Source: Thermoplasmatales archaeon
GTDB lineage: Archaea > Thermoplasmatota > Thermoplasmata > Thermoplasmatales > Thermoplasmataceae
Assembly (NCBI GenBank): GCA_027310185.1
Contig: DAIDBH010000018.1
Span: 128,001 to 192,000, forward strand
Direction of reading: 5' to 3'
DNA length: 64,000 nucleotides
The notes under the pieces were generated by a model. That model did no database searches. It was not told the DNA's origin and saw nothing but the letters and a program-made list of their open reading frames with translations. Shown one piece after another: positions 52,147 to 62,029 of this stretch (position 1 is its first letter; each line of letters opens with the position of its first letter). The position numbers and the translations under genes are program-made.

Positions 52147-52617
52147 ATGAGAAATAAGTTAGTAACTGGAATAGTGAGCCTCCTCTTCGGTGTTCTCATC
52201 TTGATTTCCCTCATAATACCATGGTGGAATGAGGCTTTGGGCATATTTGGTCCAGCCGGTACATTTTATCCCCTGTCCACACCTACTATTCCACAGGATA
52301 TGCCACGATATCTTTCGTACATCACAGGAATTCTGATTATAGTATCAGGCATTAGTGCCATTGTTTTCGGGTCCATTATGATCTACAAAAAGAAAAGCCA
52401 GAAGTCAAACATCGGTTCGGTTATAGCCGGTATAATAGGAATAGTGGCATTAATCGTTTATATAATATTCATCTACAAGGTTTCTCCAGATCTCAATGGA
52501 CATGTATTCTATTTCAGCAGCTATGCTGGAGTGGATTACGGTCTTCAGGCAGGTTTCTATGTAGAAGGTATTTCTTCGTTCATATTGTTTGTCTTTGGGC
52601 TTGTTTCCCTGGCCTAG
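52147..52617 (+). CDS. Hypothetical membrane protein (4 TM)
   Basis: Hydrophobic segments, PWW and YGLQAGFY. Confidence 0.7.
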   Translation: MRNKLVTGIVSLLFGVLILISLIIPWWNEALGIFGPAGTFYPLSTPTIPQDMPRYLSYITGILIIVSGISAIVFGSIMIYKKKSQKSNIGSVIAGIIGIVALIVYIIFIYKVSPDLNGHVFYFSSYAGVDYGLQAGFYVEGISSFILFVFGLVSLA

Positions 52618-52925
52618 TTCCAGCCGCAACCCCACGTGAATCAGGCGAATAGTTCTAAAATAGGTTCAAAGACCTTTAATATAGTAATATGGGTATGAAT
52701 GGTTAACTTTTGTTGATTTAACTCAAAGAGCAATCATTTTAAATCTTCATGTTGCCTTCTTACATTACCAGATCCGTTCTCGCTGACTGTCAAAACCTTT
52801 CTAAAACCAATGCACGAAAGTTTTTGTCTAATACTGCCATAGAACAGCTTAAATGTTTCCCTTATCATAAAAAACCATCTGAACTGTTTAAGAGAAAGAT
52901 CCTGCCATGTATTCTTATATCATAA

Positions 52926-53423
52926 TCAGTAAAACTGAAGTGCAACAGCTGCTATAGTTATGGCGATCATCAGTCCCAGTGTAATATAAGAAAGCATGTG
53001 AGACCATTTCCTCAGTTTTCTAAGTTCATCCATCCTTCCTTCTCTGGCCATCTTCATGATCCTCTTTCCGTGGTAGAGGTTGTTTCCATACATTATGAGG
53101 ATCATTGCACCCACGAGTACAATTTTCACCAGAAGAATGTTTCCTCCCTGCGTATTGAAAAGTGCAAAAAAATTGTAATTCAGATACCAGGTTGCATTAT
53201 ATATGCCTGTGAAAACCAGTATTATCAGGAAAACATTAGTAATCCAGGCGAACTGTTTTCCTATGAGCCCCACTATTCTCGTCCTTAGCTTCTCATCATC
53301 AGTTATCTTATACGAGGCAGGAATCACAACCACCCATATGAAAAAGGAACCTCCAACAAATATTATCGCTGAAAATATGTGCAGCCACAGAATTATTGTA
53401 TTAAATAAGGTCAAATCCATCAA
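52926..53423 (-). CDS. CopD/DUF4149-like membrane protein
   Basis: LWLHIFSAIIFVGG, VFTGIY, LLVKIVLV. Confidence 0.75.
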   Translation of the reverse strand: MMDLTLFNTIILWLHIFSAIIFVGGSFFIWVVVIPASYKITDDEKLRTRIVGLIGKQFAWITNVFLIILVFTGIYNATWYLNYNFFALFNTQGGNILLVKIVLVGAMILIMYGNNLYHGKRIMKMAREGRMDELRKLRKWSHMLSYITLGLMIAITIAAVALQFY

Positions 53424-53462
53424 TTATCACTCCTTCTAATATAGATCTCCTGATATGTCATA

Positions 53463-53963
53463 TTACTGCTTAATTTTTGGTTTTTCTGCAGAGAGTATCT
53501 CTTTGATGACCTCATTGAGATTTGAAACCATTCTATCTATTGCCTCAGTATTTCCTGCTTTTTTAAGCACAAAGGCAACTTTCACCTGCCTTATAATTAC
53601 AGAGGCCATCATGTCTATTGCCTCATTCAGAATTGTAGTGTCTTCAATACTTGCGAGAACATCAGGAAACAGTAGATCCCTTCCCATGGACACCGCCAGC
53701 ATTCTTTCTCTTATATTTTCCCTGAAAAGGCGCAGATTTGAAACATACTTTTCGCCCTTTGACGTGAGATGATATACCTTTGCCCTTCCCCTCATTTCAT
53801 ATCTTATGAAGCCGTGATATTCAAGGGACTTTAGCAATGGTCTTATGGTGCCTCCCGAAACCATTGAACCATCCCATTTCAATTTTCTTGAAAGTTCATA
53901 ACCACTCATTGGTTTCAGCGAAAGAATGAAAAGTGCACTATCGGAATATTCTCCTAAATTCAT
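53463..53963 (-). CDS. PadR-family transcriptional regulator
   Basis: PMSGYEL, GTIRPLLKSLE..GFI, KVYHLTSKG. Confidence 0.88.
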   Translation of the reverse strand: MNLGEYSDSALFILSLKPMSGYELSRKLKWDGSMVSGGTIRPLLKSLEYHGFIRYEMRGRAKVYHLTSKGEKYVSNLRLFRENIRERMLAVSMGRDLLFPDVLASIEDTTILNEAIDMMASVIIRQVKVAFVLKKAGNTEAIDRMVSNLNEVIKEILSAEKPKIKQ

Positions 53964-53979
53964 GTATCGAATTCGACAT
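53962..53979. promoter_or_regulatory. Candidate PadR operator ATGT-N10-ACAT
   Basis: ATGT ATCGAATTCG ACAT overlapping the padR start codon; contains palindrome TCGAATTCGA. Confidence 0.55.
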
Positions 53980-54129
53980 TTTGAATTTGTATTTAAGAAT
54001 AACTATGTATTTAAATTCAAATTATCTTTATAAACAATGTTATCAACACCAAATGTTTAATATATAAATTTATAAAAAAATTTGCCCAACTTCACGGACC
54101 CCTCTCATATTACCATGGTCATGATAATA

Positions 54130-55548
54130 TCAAACATATCCGCTCTCGACCATCCTGTATAAGCCATTCTTCCAGTGATCCTCCCTGAACAGAAACACAG
54201 CAAGGAAAATTCCTGCACCGAGTATTGTATATGGCAGTGATCCAACAAAAAAGGCTACAATGAAAAGTATAACTAGCATTATGAAAGAGACAGGAAGAAG
54301 GATGAATTGAGTCAGATTGTAAGTCGAAGGCAGAACATCCTCCTGCGTGATCTGGAATGTCTTCCTGTAAAATGACATGGAAAAACTGATGCCGCAATAT
54401 ATGGGGACAAGCAGGGCAAAAATCCATATGAATTCAAAGGAAAAAGGGATACCAAGTATGGCCAGAATGATGTTTGCTGTGATCATGGGAATGGACACAA
54501 AAAGTGCCTGTGTCATCTTGGCAAGTGCGGTGAGCTGCATATATCGTTCTACCGGAAAAGAGATAAAAGCCAGCCATGCCCTCTCCTTTGACAGAGTTCC
54601 CGTGCTGAGTCCAAGTGAAATTCCCCATGCTATGTAAATTTCAGGAAACAATATATAGAGAAGAGAATCAGATGCTACCTTTGAAAGAGTTCTCACATAA
54701 TAGAGCTGAAATATAACAAAGGCAACTCCCAGGAAGGTAGTTAGAAGTCCTATTGTGTAAATACTCACTCTATTTACCTTAACTCTTATATTTCCCATAC
54801 TTGCAGTTCTTGATGAGAAATCTACCTGTTTGAAATGCAGTTCAAAAACAGCGAGTGCAGGTTTTTTGCCTCTGAATTTAAAGAGGTCCTTAAATCCCTT
54901 TGACTTTGATGCCATAGCGGAAAGTTTGAATGGGAGAGATTCCTGGCTTATTGCCTTGAAGGAAACCCCTGTCGCAACAACTGTAACAATAATAAGAAAC
55001 ACTGACGACTCAAATAGATGGCCCGAAAGGAATGACAATGGTCCCAGTGGGAAACCCAGGTAAGATGAGATCACCCATAAGCCAGCGATAGCTGCGCCTC
55101 CAATTCTTGCAGGTCTTGGAGTACCTGCCATATTCAGGCTCATTGAAATTGGAAGGATGGCCATGCATATAATATCCACAACACCAACGAGTAGTGCTGT
55201 TTCATTACTCTTTAATACAATGAAAGAAGCAGAGGCGGCCGAAATGAAAATAAGAGATGAAGCAAGAGCCTGGGAGATGAAGAAGGCAGGAACGAGAACA
55301 TGATTGTCAATGGCAGATGTAAGAAGAAAGTCCCTGTCCGCAGATGTGGTTGATATACCACCTGTATATATGGCAGAAAGCAGAAACAGGAGAAAGAAAA
55401 ATGCAAGGTAATATGAGCCAAAGTTAGAAGTATCATCCAGTCCAAAATTTACAGTAAAAATGGAATATATGAAAATAAACAGTATTACAAGAAGGTAATT
55501 TCTTGAAAATCTTGACTTGATAAGAAGTTTCAGCACCTTAAGAAACAT
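54130..55548 (-). CDS. ABC exporter permease
   Basis: Multi-TM protein with DRDFLLTSAI motif; overlaps the ABC ATPase stop. Confidence 0.75.
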   Translation of the reverse strand: MFLKVLKLLIKSRFSRNYLLVILFIFIYSIFTVNFGLDDTSNFGSYYLAFFFLLFLLSAIYTGGISTTSADRDFLLTSAIDNHVLVPAFFISQALASSLIFISAASASFIVLKSNETALLVGVVDIICMAILPISMSLNMAGTPRPARIGGAAIAGLWVISSYLGFPLGPLSFLSGHLFESSVFLIIVTVVATGVSFKAISQESLPFKLSAMASKSKGFKDLFKFRGKKPALAVFELHFKQVDFSSRTASMGNIRVKVNRVSIYTIGLLTTFLGVAFVIFQLYYVRTLSKVASDSLLYILFPEIYIAWGISLGLSTGTLSKERAWLAFISFPVERYMQLTALAKMTQALFVSIPMITANIILAILGIPFSFEFIWIFALLVPIYCGISFSMSFYRKTFQITQEDVLPSTYNLTQFILLPVSFIMLVILFIVAFFVGSLPYTILGAGIFLAVFLFREDHWKNGLYRMVESGYV

Positions 55549-56284
55549 GTTTCATCAGTTCCGACACGATACTTTCTATGGTTTTTGTACCTTCCGTAAG
55601 GTCCTCAAGTTCAGAAATCTGTCCTTCCCATACCTTTTTTCCAGAGGACAGAATAATCACCTTGCTTGTCAATCTTCTCGCGATGGATAAGATGTGAGTT
55701 GACACTAGAAACGTTGCATTCATCTTCTCAAAATATTCGAATACCTTTTCCTGTGTTGGTATATCAAGATAATTCAACGGTTCATCCATGATTGCAAATC
55801 TCGGCTGATGAATAATCGAGAGAGCGAGGCACAGTTTTTGCCGGTTTCCTCTGGATAGTGTAAGAGGTTTCTGTTTCTCCATTTCCCTCAGATCGAGCAT
55901 ATCCAGGAAAAAATCTATTCTCTCCTGAAGATTCTCAGTTCTTCTAATTGTTCCTATGTATTCAAGATTCTCCCTGACAGAAAGATTCAGGTATGGACTT
56001 GCATCTTCTGGAAGATATCCAATGTATTTTTTCGCTTCAATTGAACTCGGCCTGTGGCCATATACTCTCACCAGACCACTATCAGGCTTCATCAAGCCAG
56101 AAATTATCCTGATTGTTGTTGATTTTCCTGCACCGTTTTCTCCAAGCAGAGCTACCCTTTCTCTATCTCTTATCTGAATATCTACGCCATCAACAGCCTT
56201 AATAGTTCCGAATGTTTTTACAACTGATTCCATCCTGAGCGCGATTAATGAATCTTCAGAATCCATCTGATTTTCCTGTAGCAT
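55538..56284 (-). CDS. ABC transporter ATP-binding protein
   Basis: GENGAGKST, LSRGNRQK, MDEP, STH. Confidence 0.93.
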   Translation of the reverse strand: MLQENQMDSEDSLIALRMESVVKTFGTIKAVDGVDIQIRDRERVALLGENGAGKSTTIRIISGLMKPDSGLVRVYGHRPSSIEAKKYIGYLPEDASPYLNLSVRENLEYIGTIRRTENLQERIDFFLDMLDLREMEKQKPLTLSRGNRQKLCLALSIIHQPRFAIMDEPLNYLDIPTQEKVFEYFEKMNATFLVSTHILSIARRLTSKVIILSSGKKVWEGQISELEDLTEGTKTIESIVSELMKHVS

Positions 56285-56360
56285 CAGTTTCCTATCACGC
56301 GCATTTAAATAAATATTTTGTGGGAATTAATAGGAAGTGATAGAAATTCACAATGAAATT

Positions 56361-57632
56361 TCATGTGCCGTCAATCTGAACTATTTCTGCACTTCTGAAG
56401 TCATTTTCATAACCATATATTTCTCTGAATAGAAGCACTGAAACCAAAAGGCCGGTAGCTGGTGCCACGGCCAGTATTATTGTAGATAGCCCTATTCCTA
56501 TTATGCCAGCTACCAAGGGGAAAATGGTTATGGAAAGAAAAGCAGGAAGCTCTGAAATGAAGTTGGAAAAACCTGTTGCCCTACCACGGTACAGTGGATC
56601 TGATATCAGGGACTGTGATGTCAATACGGGTTGATTGTTCCAGTGATTTCCCCACACAAAAAGTATCATGAACATTGGCACTATTAAATAATCTCCATAG
56701 ATGATAAATATTCCAGTCCCTATAAGTGAGATCAGCGTGATTGAATACCCATATATGCTCAGGTTTTTTAGTCCTATTTTCGGCAGGAATCTTGGTCCCA
56801 GAACACCTGCTGGAAGACCAAAGGAATAAATAAAGACGATCAGGAATCGCTGATCTATGATACTGGAAATCCTGAAGTTAGATATCATGAGTGGGATAAA
56901 GAATGCAAATGTTCCAACTTCAACCGAACTTGCTATGCCGGAGATCCAGCTGAACTTTGTGGTTCTCCATTTCAAGCTGTCACTCCTTAGCTGCCTTAGA
57001 AATTCAAAATAGCGAACGTTTCTGCGTTCATCAGATTTATTCCAGTAGGGGCTCTCCTTAAGGGTCCTCGATACCAGTAAAGCTATGATGGCCGGGATAG
57101 CTGATATTCCCATTGACAGTCTCCATATTGCACTGTAATCAACATTGCCAAAGAGTAAGAATAGAATCAGGAAATTTATAACCATAATGGCAAGGCTTGC
57201 CATGAGGGTATTCTTAACCCCTGTGATTTCTCTGTCTCCTCTGCTCATAGCATCCATGATAAAGCAATAACAATTTGCCAGGTCAGACCCAACTGCAATT
57301 CCAGCTATAAATCTCAAAATGATAAATACGGTCTGGTCAGGTGAAATTGCAGAACCGAGATCAGCTAGAATGAATATAATCATGTTGTAGATGAAGACCT
57401 TTTTCCTCCCAATTCTGTCTGAAAGGATTCCACCTACCATGGAACCAGCCGCTGCGCCACCTATTATGGCTCCGCTTGCAAGGCCAAATATCAAATTTGT
57501 CCTGATGAAAGAATTCTTTATAAAAAAATTGGACATTGGAACTACAAAGACATTCCACTGATCCACAAACAGAGAAAGAAGCATCAGAGTTGCAACCGTA
57601 CTTTTATCATTTTTATTGATTAATTTCTCCAT
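56361..57632 (-). CDS. MFS transporter (sugar porter/metabolite-like)
   Basis: GILSDRIGRKK, LRFIAGIAVG, KESPYW. Confidence 0.88.
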   Translation of the reverse strand: MEKLINKNDKSTVATLMLLSLFVDQWNVFVVPMSNFFIKNSFIRTNLIFGLASGAIIGGAAAGSMVGGILSDRIGRKKVFIYNMIIFILADLGSAISPDQTVFIILRFIAGIAVGSDLANCYCFIMDAMSRGDREITGVKNTLMASLAIMVINFLILFLLFGNVDYSAIWRLSMGISAIPAIIALLVSRTLKESPYWNKSDERRNVRYFEFLRQLRSDSLKWRTTKFSWISGIASSVEVGTFAFFIPLMISNFRISSIIDQRFLIVFIYSFGLPAGVLGPRFLPKIGLKNLSIYGYSITLISLIGTGIFIIYGDYLIVPMFMILFVWGNHWNNQPVLTSQSLISDPLYRGRATGFSNFISELPAFLSITIFPLVAGIIGIGLSTIILAVAPATGLLVSVLLFREIYGYENDFRSAEIVQIDGT

Positions 57633-57813
57633 AAATCCAATTTTATGATTATTTGATCCCTAATAAACTTGAAGTAATAATATATTATGGGGTTAGTCTG
57701 AGGCATTTCTCCTCACAGATACACAGGGTGCTCTTTCTACAGAATATTATACAGTATGATGAGTCAGTAACAAAGAAAGGTAAAATACCTGTATTAGAAC
57801 CCAATCACTTATC

Positions 57814-58752
57814 ATGTTGCCAGATAGGAAAAAAATATTGAACAATCCTGTAAAGGATGAAAAAATAACAAAAAACACAACACTTGGTGAGCTGATTTCG
57901 CAGTTTCTGGAATCTGGGGGTTTCACATCATCAAAAATCGGAGTGGCCTACGAGATTCTGAAGGAAATGGTTGAAGAGGAAAACACAACATTCCTTTCAT
58001 TCCCAGCGGACATAATATCTACCGGCACAAGGGGAATCATCAACGAAATGGTCAAGAGAAAGATGGTTGATGTAATAATTACAACATGTGGAACACTTGA
58101 TCACGACATAGCCCGGTCTTTCAGGGATTATTATTGCGGTTCCTTCGACTATAACGACAGGGAACTGAAAGACCTTGGAATAAACAGGCTTGGCAGTGTT
58201 GTAATTCCAGATGAAAGCTACGGGGAGATCATGGAAGAGTTCATGCAGAAAGAGCTCGAGAAGTTATATGGAGAGAATAAGAAGTGGACTACATGGAAAC
58301 TCATAGAAAAAATCGGAAGCGCGATAAAAAATGATGACTCCATACTTTATAATGCGGCTAAAAATCATATTCCGATCTTTGTTCCAGGAATAACCGATGG
58401 TTCCTTCGGATCCCAGCTATGGTCTTTCAAGGAAATGAATCCCGACTTCATGATTGATGTTCTCCAGGATGAACACGATCTATCAGACATAATCTTTGAT
58501 GCAAAGAAGACAGGGGCGCTCATGATCGGTGGAGGGATTTCAAAGCATCACACCATATGGTGGAACCAGTTCAGGGGTGGCCTTGACTCTGCAATTTACA
58601 TTACAACCGCTCAGGAATATGACGGATCCCTATCCGGAGCTAAACTTGAGGAAGCCATATCATGGAAAAAGGTAAAGCCAGATGCCAGGTTTGTAAACGT
58701 TTATGGGGATATTACTGCTTTATTGCCCTTGCTCGTGGGGCCATTACTGTAG
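57814..58752 (+). CDS. dys: Deoxyhypusine synthase
   Basis: GINRLG, PGITDGSFG, GGGISKHH, DGSLSGA...EAISWKK. Confidence 0.94.
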   Translation: MLPDRKKILNNPVKDEKITKNTTLGELISQFLESGGFTSSKIGVAYEILKEMVEEENTTFLSFPADIISTGTRGIINEMVKRKMVDVIITTCGTLDHDIARSFRDYYCGSFDYNDRELKDLGINRLGSVVIPDESYGEIMEEFMQKELEKLYGENKKWTTWKLIEKIGSAIKNDDSILYNAAKNHIPIFVPGITDGSFGSQLWSFKEMNPDFMIDVLQDEHDLSDIIFDAKKTGALMIGGGISKHHTIWWNQFRGGLDSAIYITTAQEYDGSLSGAKLEEAISWKKVKPDARFVNVYGDITALLPLLVGPLL

Positions 58753-58875
58753 GATAATTCTCAGTAAAACAACTGGAATACACATCTACCAGCCAGTGTA
58801 TCAATTTTAGAATAAATTGAGTCAAAGACGAATGACATCTTTTATTAACAACATTTTTTTAACATCATATGATTC

Positions 58876-59178
58876 GTGATCATGTTGGATAAACCATGGG
58901 TAGAGGAGAAGAAGCTTAAGGAGTACATTTTACAGAACAGATCATATAACCTTTTTGAGAATAAGGATAATACTGTAGAACTCAGGTTTTCCCCGGAAAT
59001 GCCAGAAGCACAGGCCCATCTTCCAAACGGTCAGCCAGTTGAACACATCATGAAGGGCATAAAAGAGGATGGAAAGATATATTTCCTCTCATTCCGGACA
59101 ATCAGCTCCATAGGAGAAACAGAAACCCAGCTGGAAGGAGAGGATGATCCCATAATGCTCTGGTTGCAGTTTATCTGA
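58876..59178 (+). CDS. Hypothetical protein
   Basis: 100-aa ORF with plausible composition and upstream TATA-like element. Confidence 0.6.
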   Translation: MIMLDKPWVEEKKLKEYILQNRSYNLFENKDNTVELRFSPEMPEAQAHLPNGQPVEHIMKGIKEDGKIYFLSFRTISSIGETETQLEGEDDPIMLWLQFI

Positions 59179-59402
59179 AATCTTCTCCATCCCAATCAAT
59201 TAGAGGTTTCTGATTCATGGAGTGGCAAACTCTATGCTGCCATTTGAGAGTCCTGACAGTGTAATCCTTTTCAAAGGCATGGAATTTGTAATCTCCTTTC
59301 TTGCTTTTACTGCTTTGTTTTATACTCACATAAATGCATTTGCTTCTGTTGAGGGAAGTCAGTTTATCCTTATGATGGAGCATTGAAGTTTTACTGCCTC
59401 AT

Positions 59403-60632
59403 TCAAACACCTAACGACATCATGAATCTTTTCAATCTCAGGTTGAACATGTAAAGTATCATAGAAAGGGTCATGGCAATTAGCATAATTATTCCGGTAA
59501 TAGTTATTAGAACAGATGGGCCTACAAATTCAATTGAAACAGTAAAAACAAGAAGCAATACGAGTCTTGTTATGTTGCTAAACAATTCTATTCCCGCGTA
59601 GAATCTTCCAGAATACTCACCGGAAATGCCATTCATGATCAGGGTATTTCTACTTATCCTATTTCCAGGGTTTCCAATTCCATGTGTGGACTGAAAACCA
59701 ATATACATGGCAAAACTTGTGGAAGACGGAATAAGAAAGCATCCCAGGGTAAAGATAAGCATAAAGAGATAGACGTGCTTCAGACTGAATTTCATTCCCA
59801 ACACAGAGAGTATGGCTCCAGTTGAAATTCCAAGCGCGGAATACGTGATCTCTGAAAAAGAAATTCCAGTTGCGTTTCCATGAAGGACATTCACAATGAA
59901 GATGGGCTTTAGAAAATTACCGAGTGTTGTAACTATAAAGGTAAAATTCAGTAAATAGAAAAAGAAAACTATTGAAAAATTTTTCCGAACGAAGGTGAGG
60001 GAACCTTCTCTTCGCTTGCTCAGTGTGTCTCCAGTTTTCGCAGGAGAGAAATTTTCCCTCAACCCTCTGAGGAACATCATGCTAATAATAATGAAAGGAA
60101 CCTGAATTATTAAGGAGAATCTAGGTCCTAATAAAGAGAGAACCGGTATAGCAATGGAAGCGCCGATCACTGTAGGAAGCTGACCTGAAATCTCCGCAAT
60201 CGAATTGCTCAATCCATATTTTTTATCGGTAATTATGGTCTGTTGAATCGACCTCAAGATAGAAAAGAATATCCCCTCTGTGAGATCAATAATCACAAAT
60301 ATGACGGGAATAATCAGGTGAACGAGCTTTGCATCTGAATTCCAGATGATCGAGCCGGAGATTGAAATACTTATCCAGAGAAGCAGATTCGTATTCAGTA
60401 TTGTCTTTCTATGATATCTATCCATCAGGCTTCCTATTTTAGGTCCGGAAAATATTCCTATAAAAATAGATAACATCATTATTGAACCAAGTTCAAGTTT
60501 TCCTGTCTCCGAACTGCTAAGGTAAAGAAGCGAATATATCTGGAATGGACCGAGGGAGGAAAGGGAAAGAACCTTTATGAGATTGAATCTTAGAAGAACC
60601 TTTCCATCTGAATATGAATTCCGAGTTATCAT
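59403..60632 (-). CDS. MFS transporter
   Basis: GSLMDRYHRK motif A, about 12 TM. Confidence 0.85.
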   Translation of the reverse strand: MITRNSYSDGKVLLRFNLIKVLSLSSLGPFQIYSLLYLSSSETGKLELGSIMMLSIFIGIFSGPKIGSLMDRYHRKTILNTNLLLWISISISGSIIWNSDAKLVHLIIPVIFVIIDLTEGIFFSILRSIQQTIITDKKYGLSNSIAEISGQLPTVIGASIAIPVLSLLGPRFSLIIQVPFIIISMMFLRGLRENFSPAKTGDTLSKRREGSLTFVRKNFSIVFFFYLLNFTFIVTTLGNFLKPIFIVNVLHGNATGISFSEITYSALGISTGAILSVLGMKFSLKHVYLFMLIFTLGCFLIPSSTSFAMYIGFQSTHGIGNPGNRISRNTLIMNGISGEYSGRFYAGIELFSNITRLVLLLVFTVSIEFVGPSVLITITGIIMLIAMTLSMILYMFNLRLKRFMMSLGV

Positions 60633-60672
60633 AGGGAAATATGAGAAAGCTAATTATAAACAATATATATTA

Positions 60673-60690
60673 TAAAGTTTACAAACTTTA
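60673..60690. promoter_or_regulatory. Perfect inverted repeat, candidate operator
   Basis: TAAAGTTT-AC-AAACTTTA between the divergent MFS and HTH regulator genes. Confidence 0.55.
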
Positions 60691-60731
60691 ACATAAGTAA
60701 AGTATATTTTGTATGTGGTAATCCTTAAAAC

Positions 60732-61343
60732 ATGGATACAAGAACAGAGATTCAACTCCTACTTGAAAGAGAACCCAGACTGAGTATCCAGGAAATGGCT
60801 GATCGCATTGGGCTATCTAAAATGGCAGTTCTGAAACACATAGAAATTCTTGAAAATGCGGGAATAGTCGAAAGGACTATTTTCAAGGCAAAAGTTGGAA
60901 GACCATTCTACAGATACAGCCTGGTAGAGAACAATACAGACCAGCTTGTAAATTCAGACAGCCAAATGTTACAGTCCCTGTTGGATTATCTTTTGGAAAG
61001 TGGAAACGAAGTTCTACTCAATTCTTTTCTTGAAAATAGACAGAAAATAATTCTATCAAACTATAGAGAAAAACTAAGGGATGTGAAGGATGAGGACAAA
61101 CTCCTGAAGCTTGCTGCTCTGAGGAAGGTGGATAATTATTTTCCTGAAATCAGGAAGATTGATGATTCAACTTCAGCACTGATAGAACTAAACTGCCCGG
61201 TACTTAAAATTGCAATGAAGAATGGAAAAGCGTGCACACTTGAAAACAGAATGTTTGCTGCACTGCTTGACGCAGATGTCGAATCATTGCATAAAAAAAT
61301 CGACGGAAATGGAGCCTGCAGGTTTATAATACGAAAGCGATGA
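60732..61343 (+). CDS. wHTH transcriptional regulator, SufR-like with C-terminal Cys motif
   Basis: LSIQEMADRIGLSKMAVLKHI, VGRP, NCP...AC...GAC. Confidence 0.82.
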   Translation: MDTRTEIQLLLEREPRLSIQEMADRIGLSKMAVLKHIEILENAGIVERTIFKAKVGRPFYRYSLVENNTDQLVNSDSQMLQSLLDYLLESGNEVLLNSFLENRQKIILSNYREKLRDVKDEDKLLKLAALRKVDNYFPEIRKIDDSTSALIELNCPVLKIAMKNGKACTLENRMFAALLDADVESLHKKIDGNGACRFIIRKR

Positions 61344-61482
61344 ACTGAAGAAATTGATGATATATCCCTAACTGTCCTAAAAATAATATATAACTAACTT
61401 CTCACATAGTAAATTACCAAAAGAAACTCATAATTAATCAAAAAACATTTCTTGGCAACAGGGGACTAAACTTTTTGAAGTG

Positions 61483-61555
61483 TGCCGTGAGCCGGGATTG
61501 AACCAGCGACCTCCAGATCTTCAGTCTGGCGCTCTCCCAACTGAGCTATCACGGC
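61483..61555 (-). tRNA. tRNA-Phe(GAA)
   Basis: GCCGTGA/TCACGGC acceptor, CCAGA-CTGAAGA-TCTGG anticodon arm. Confidence 0.97.
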
Positions 61556-61662
61556 TGTAGTACGGGAATACTGTCACTTTATTTAAATCTTTAAGGGATT
61601 TTCTGGAATTCAAGAAGTAGTTGAAAGCCAAATCATTTATTCTTATTAGTATTTACTCAAAC

Positions 61663-62028
61663 ATGATCCCGGGAAAAATGAATTCAAGGGAAGTAAAAAG
61701 AATGATGCAACAGATGGGAATCAAACAGGTCGAATATCCTGATGTTAAAAGGGTTGTCATGGAAGCTGGAGAAAAAAACTACATTATAGAGAATCCCCAG
61801 GTAGTAGCAATAGAAGCTCAGGGACAGAAATCATTCCAGATAACTGGTACCCTGAAAGAAATAGCCGGGAAGAAAAAGGAAGTAGCAAAAGAAGGATCAG
61901 AATTTCCCGAAGAAGACATAAAACTTGTAATGGACCAAACGTCAGTTTCAAGGGAAAAGGCAATCGAGGCCTTGAAGAAAGCTGAGGGTCAGCCAGCAGA
62001 TGCAATAATGAGTCTGATGTCCAATTAA
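61663..62028 (+). CDS. nac: Nascent polypeptide-associated complex protein
   Basis: REVKRMMQQMGI, NPQV...FQITG, UBA-like EEDIKLVMDQT...A..AL. Confidence 0.92.
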   Translation: MIPGKMNSREVKRMMQQMGIKQVEYPDVKRVVMEAGEKNYIIENPQVVAIEAQGQKSFQITGTLKEIAGKKKEVAKEGSEFPEEDIKLVMDQTSVSREKAIEALKKAEGQPADAIMSLMSN

Positions 62029-62029
62029 C

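Noticed and set aside
57633-57813. TPP riboswitch upstream of the MFS gene (known in Thermoplasmatales)
   Set aside because: The CTGAGA and ACCTGA...AGCG core elements are absent on both strands
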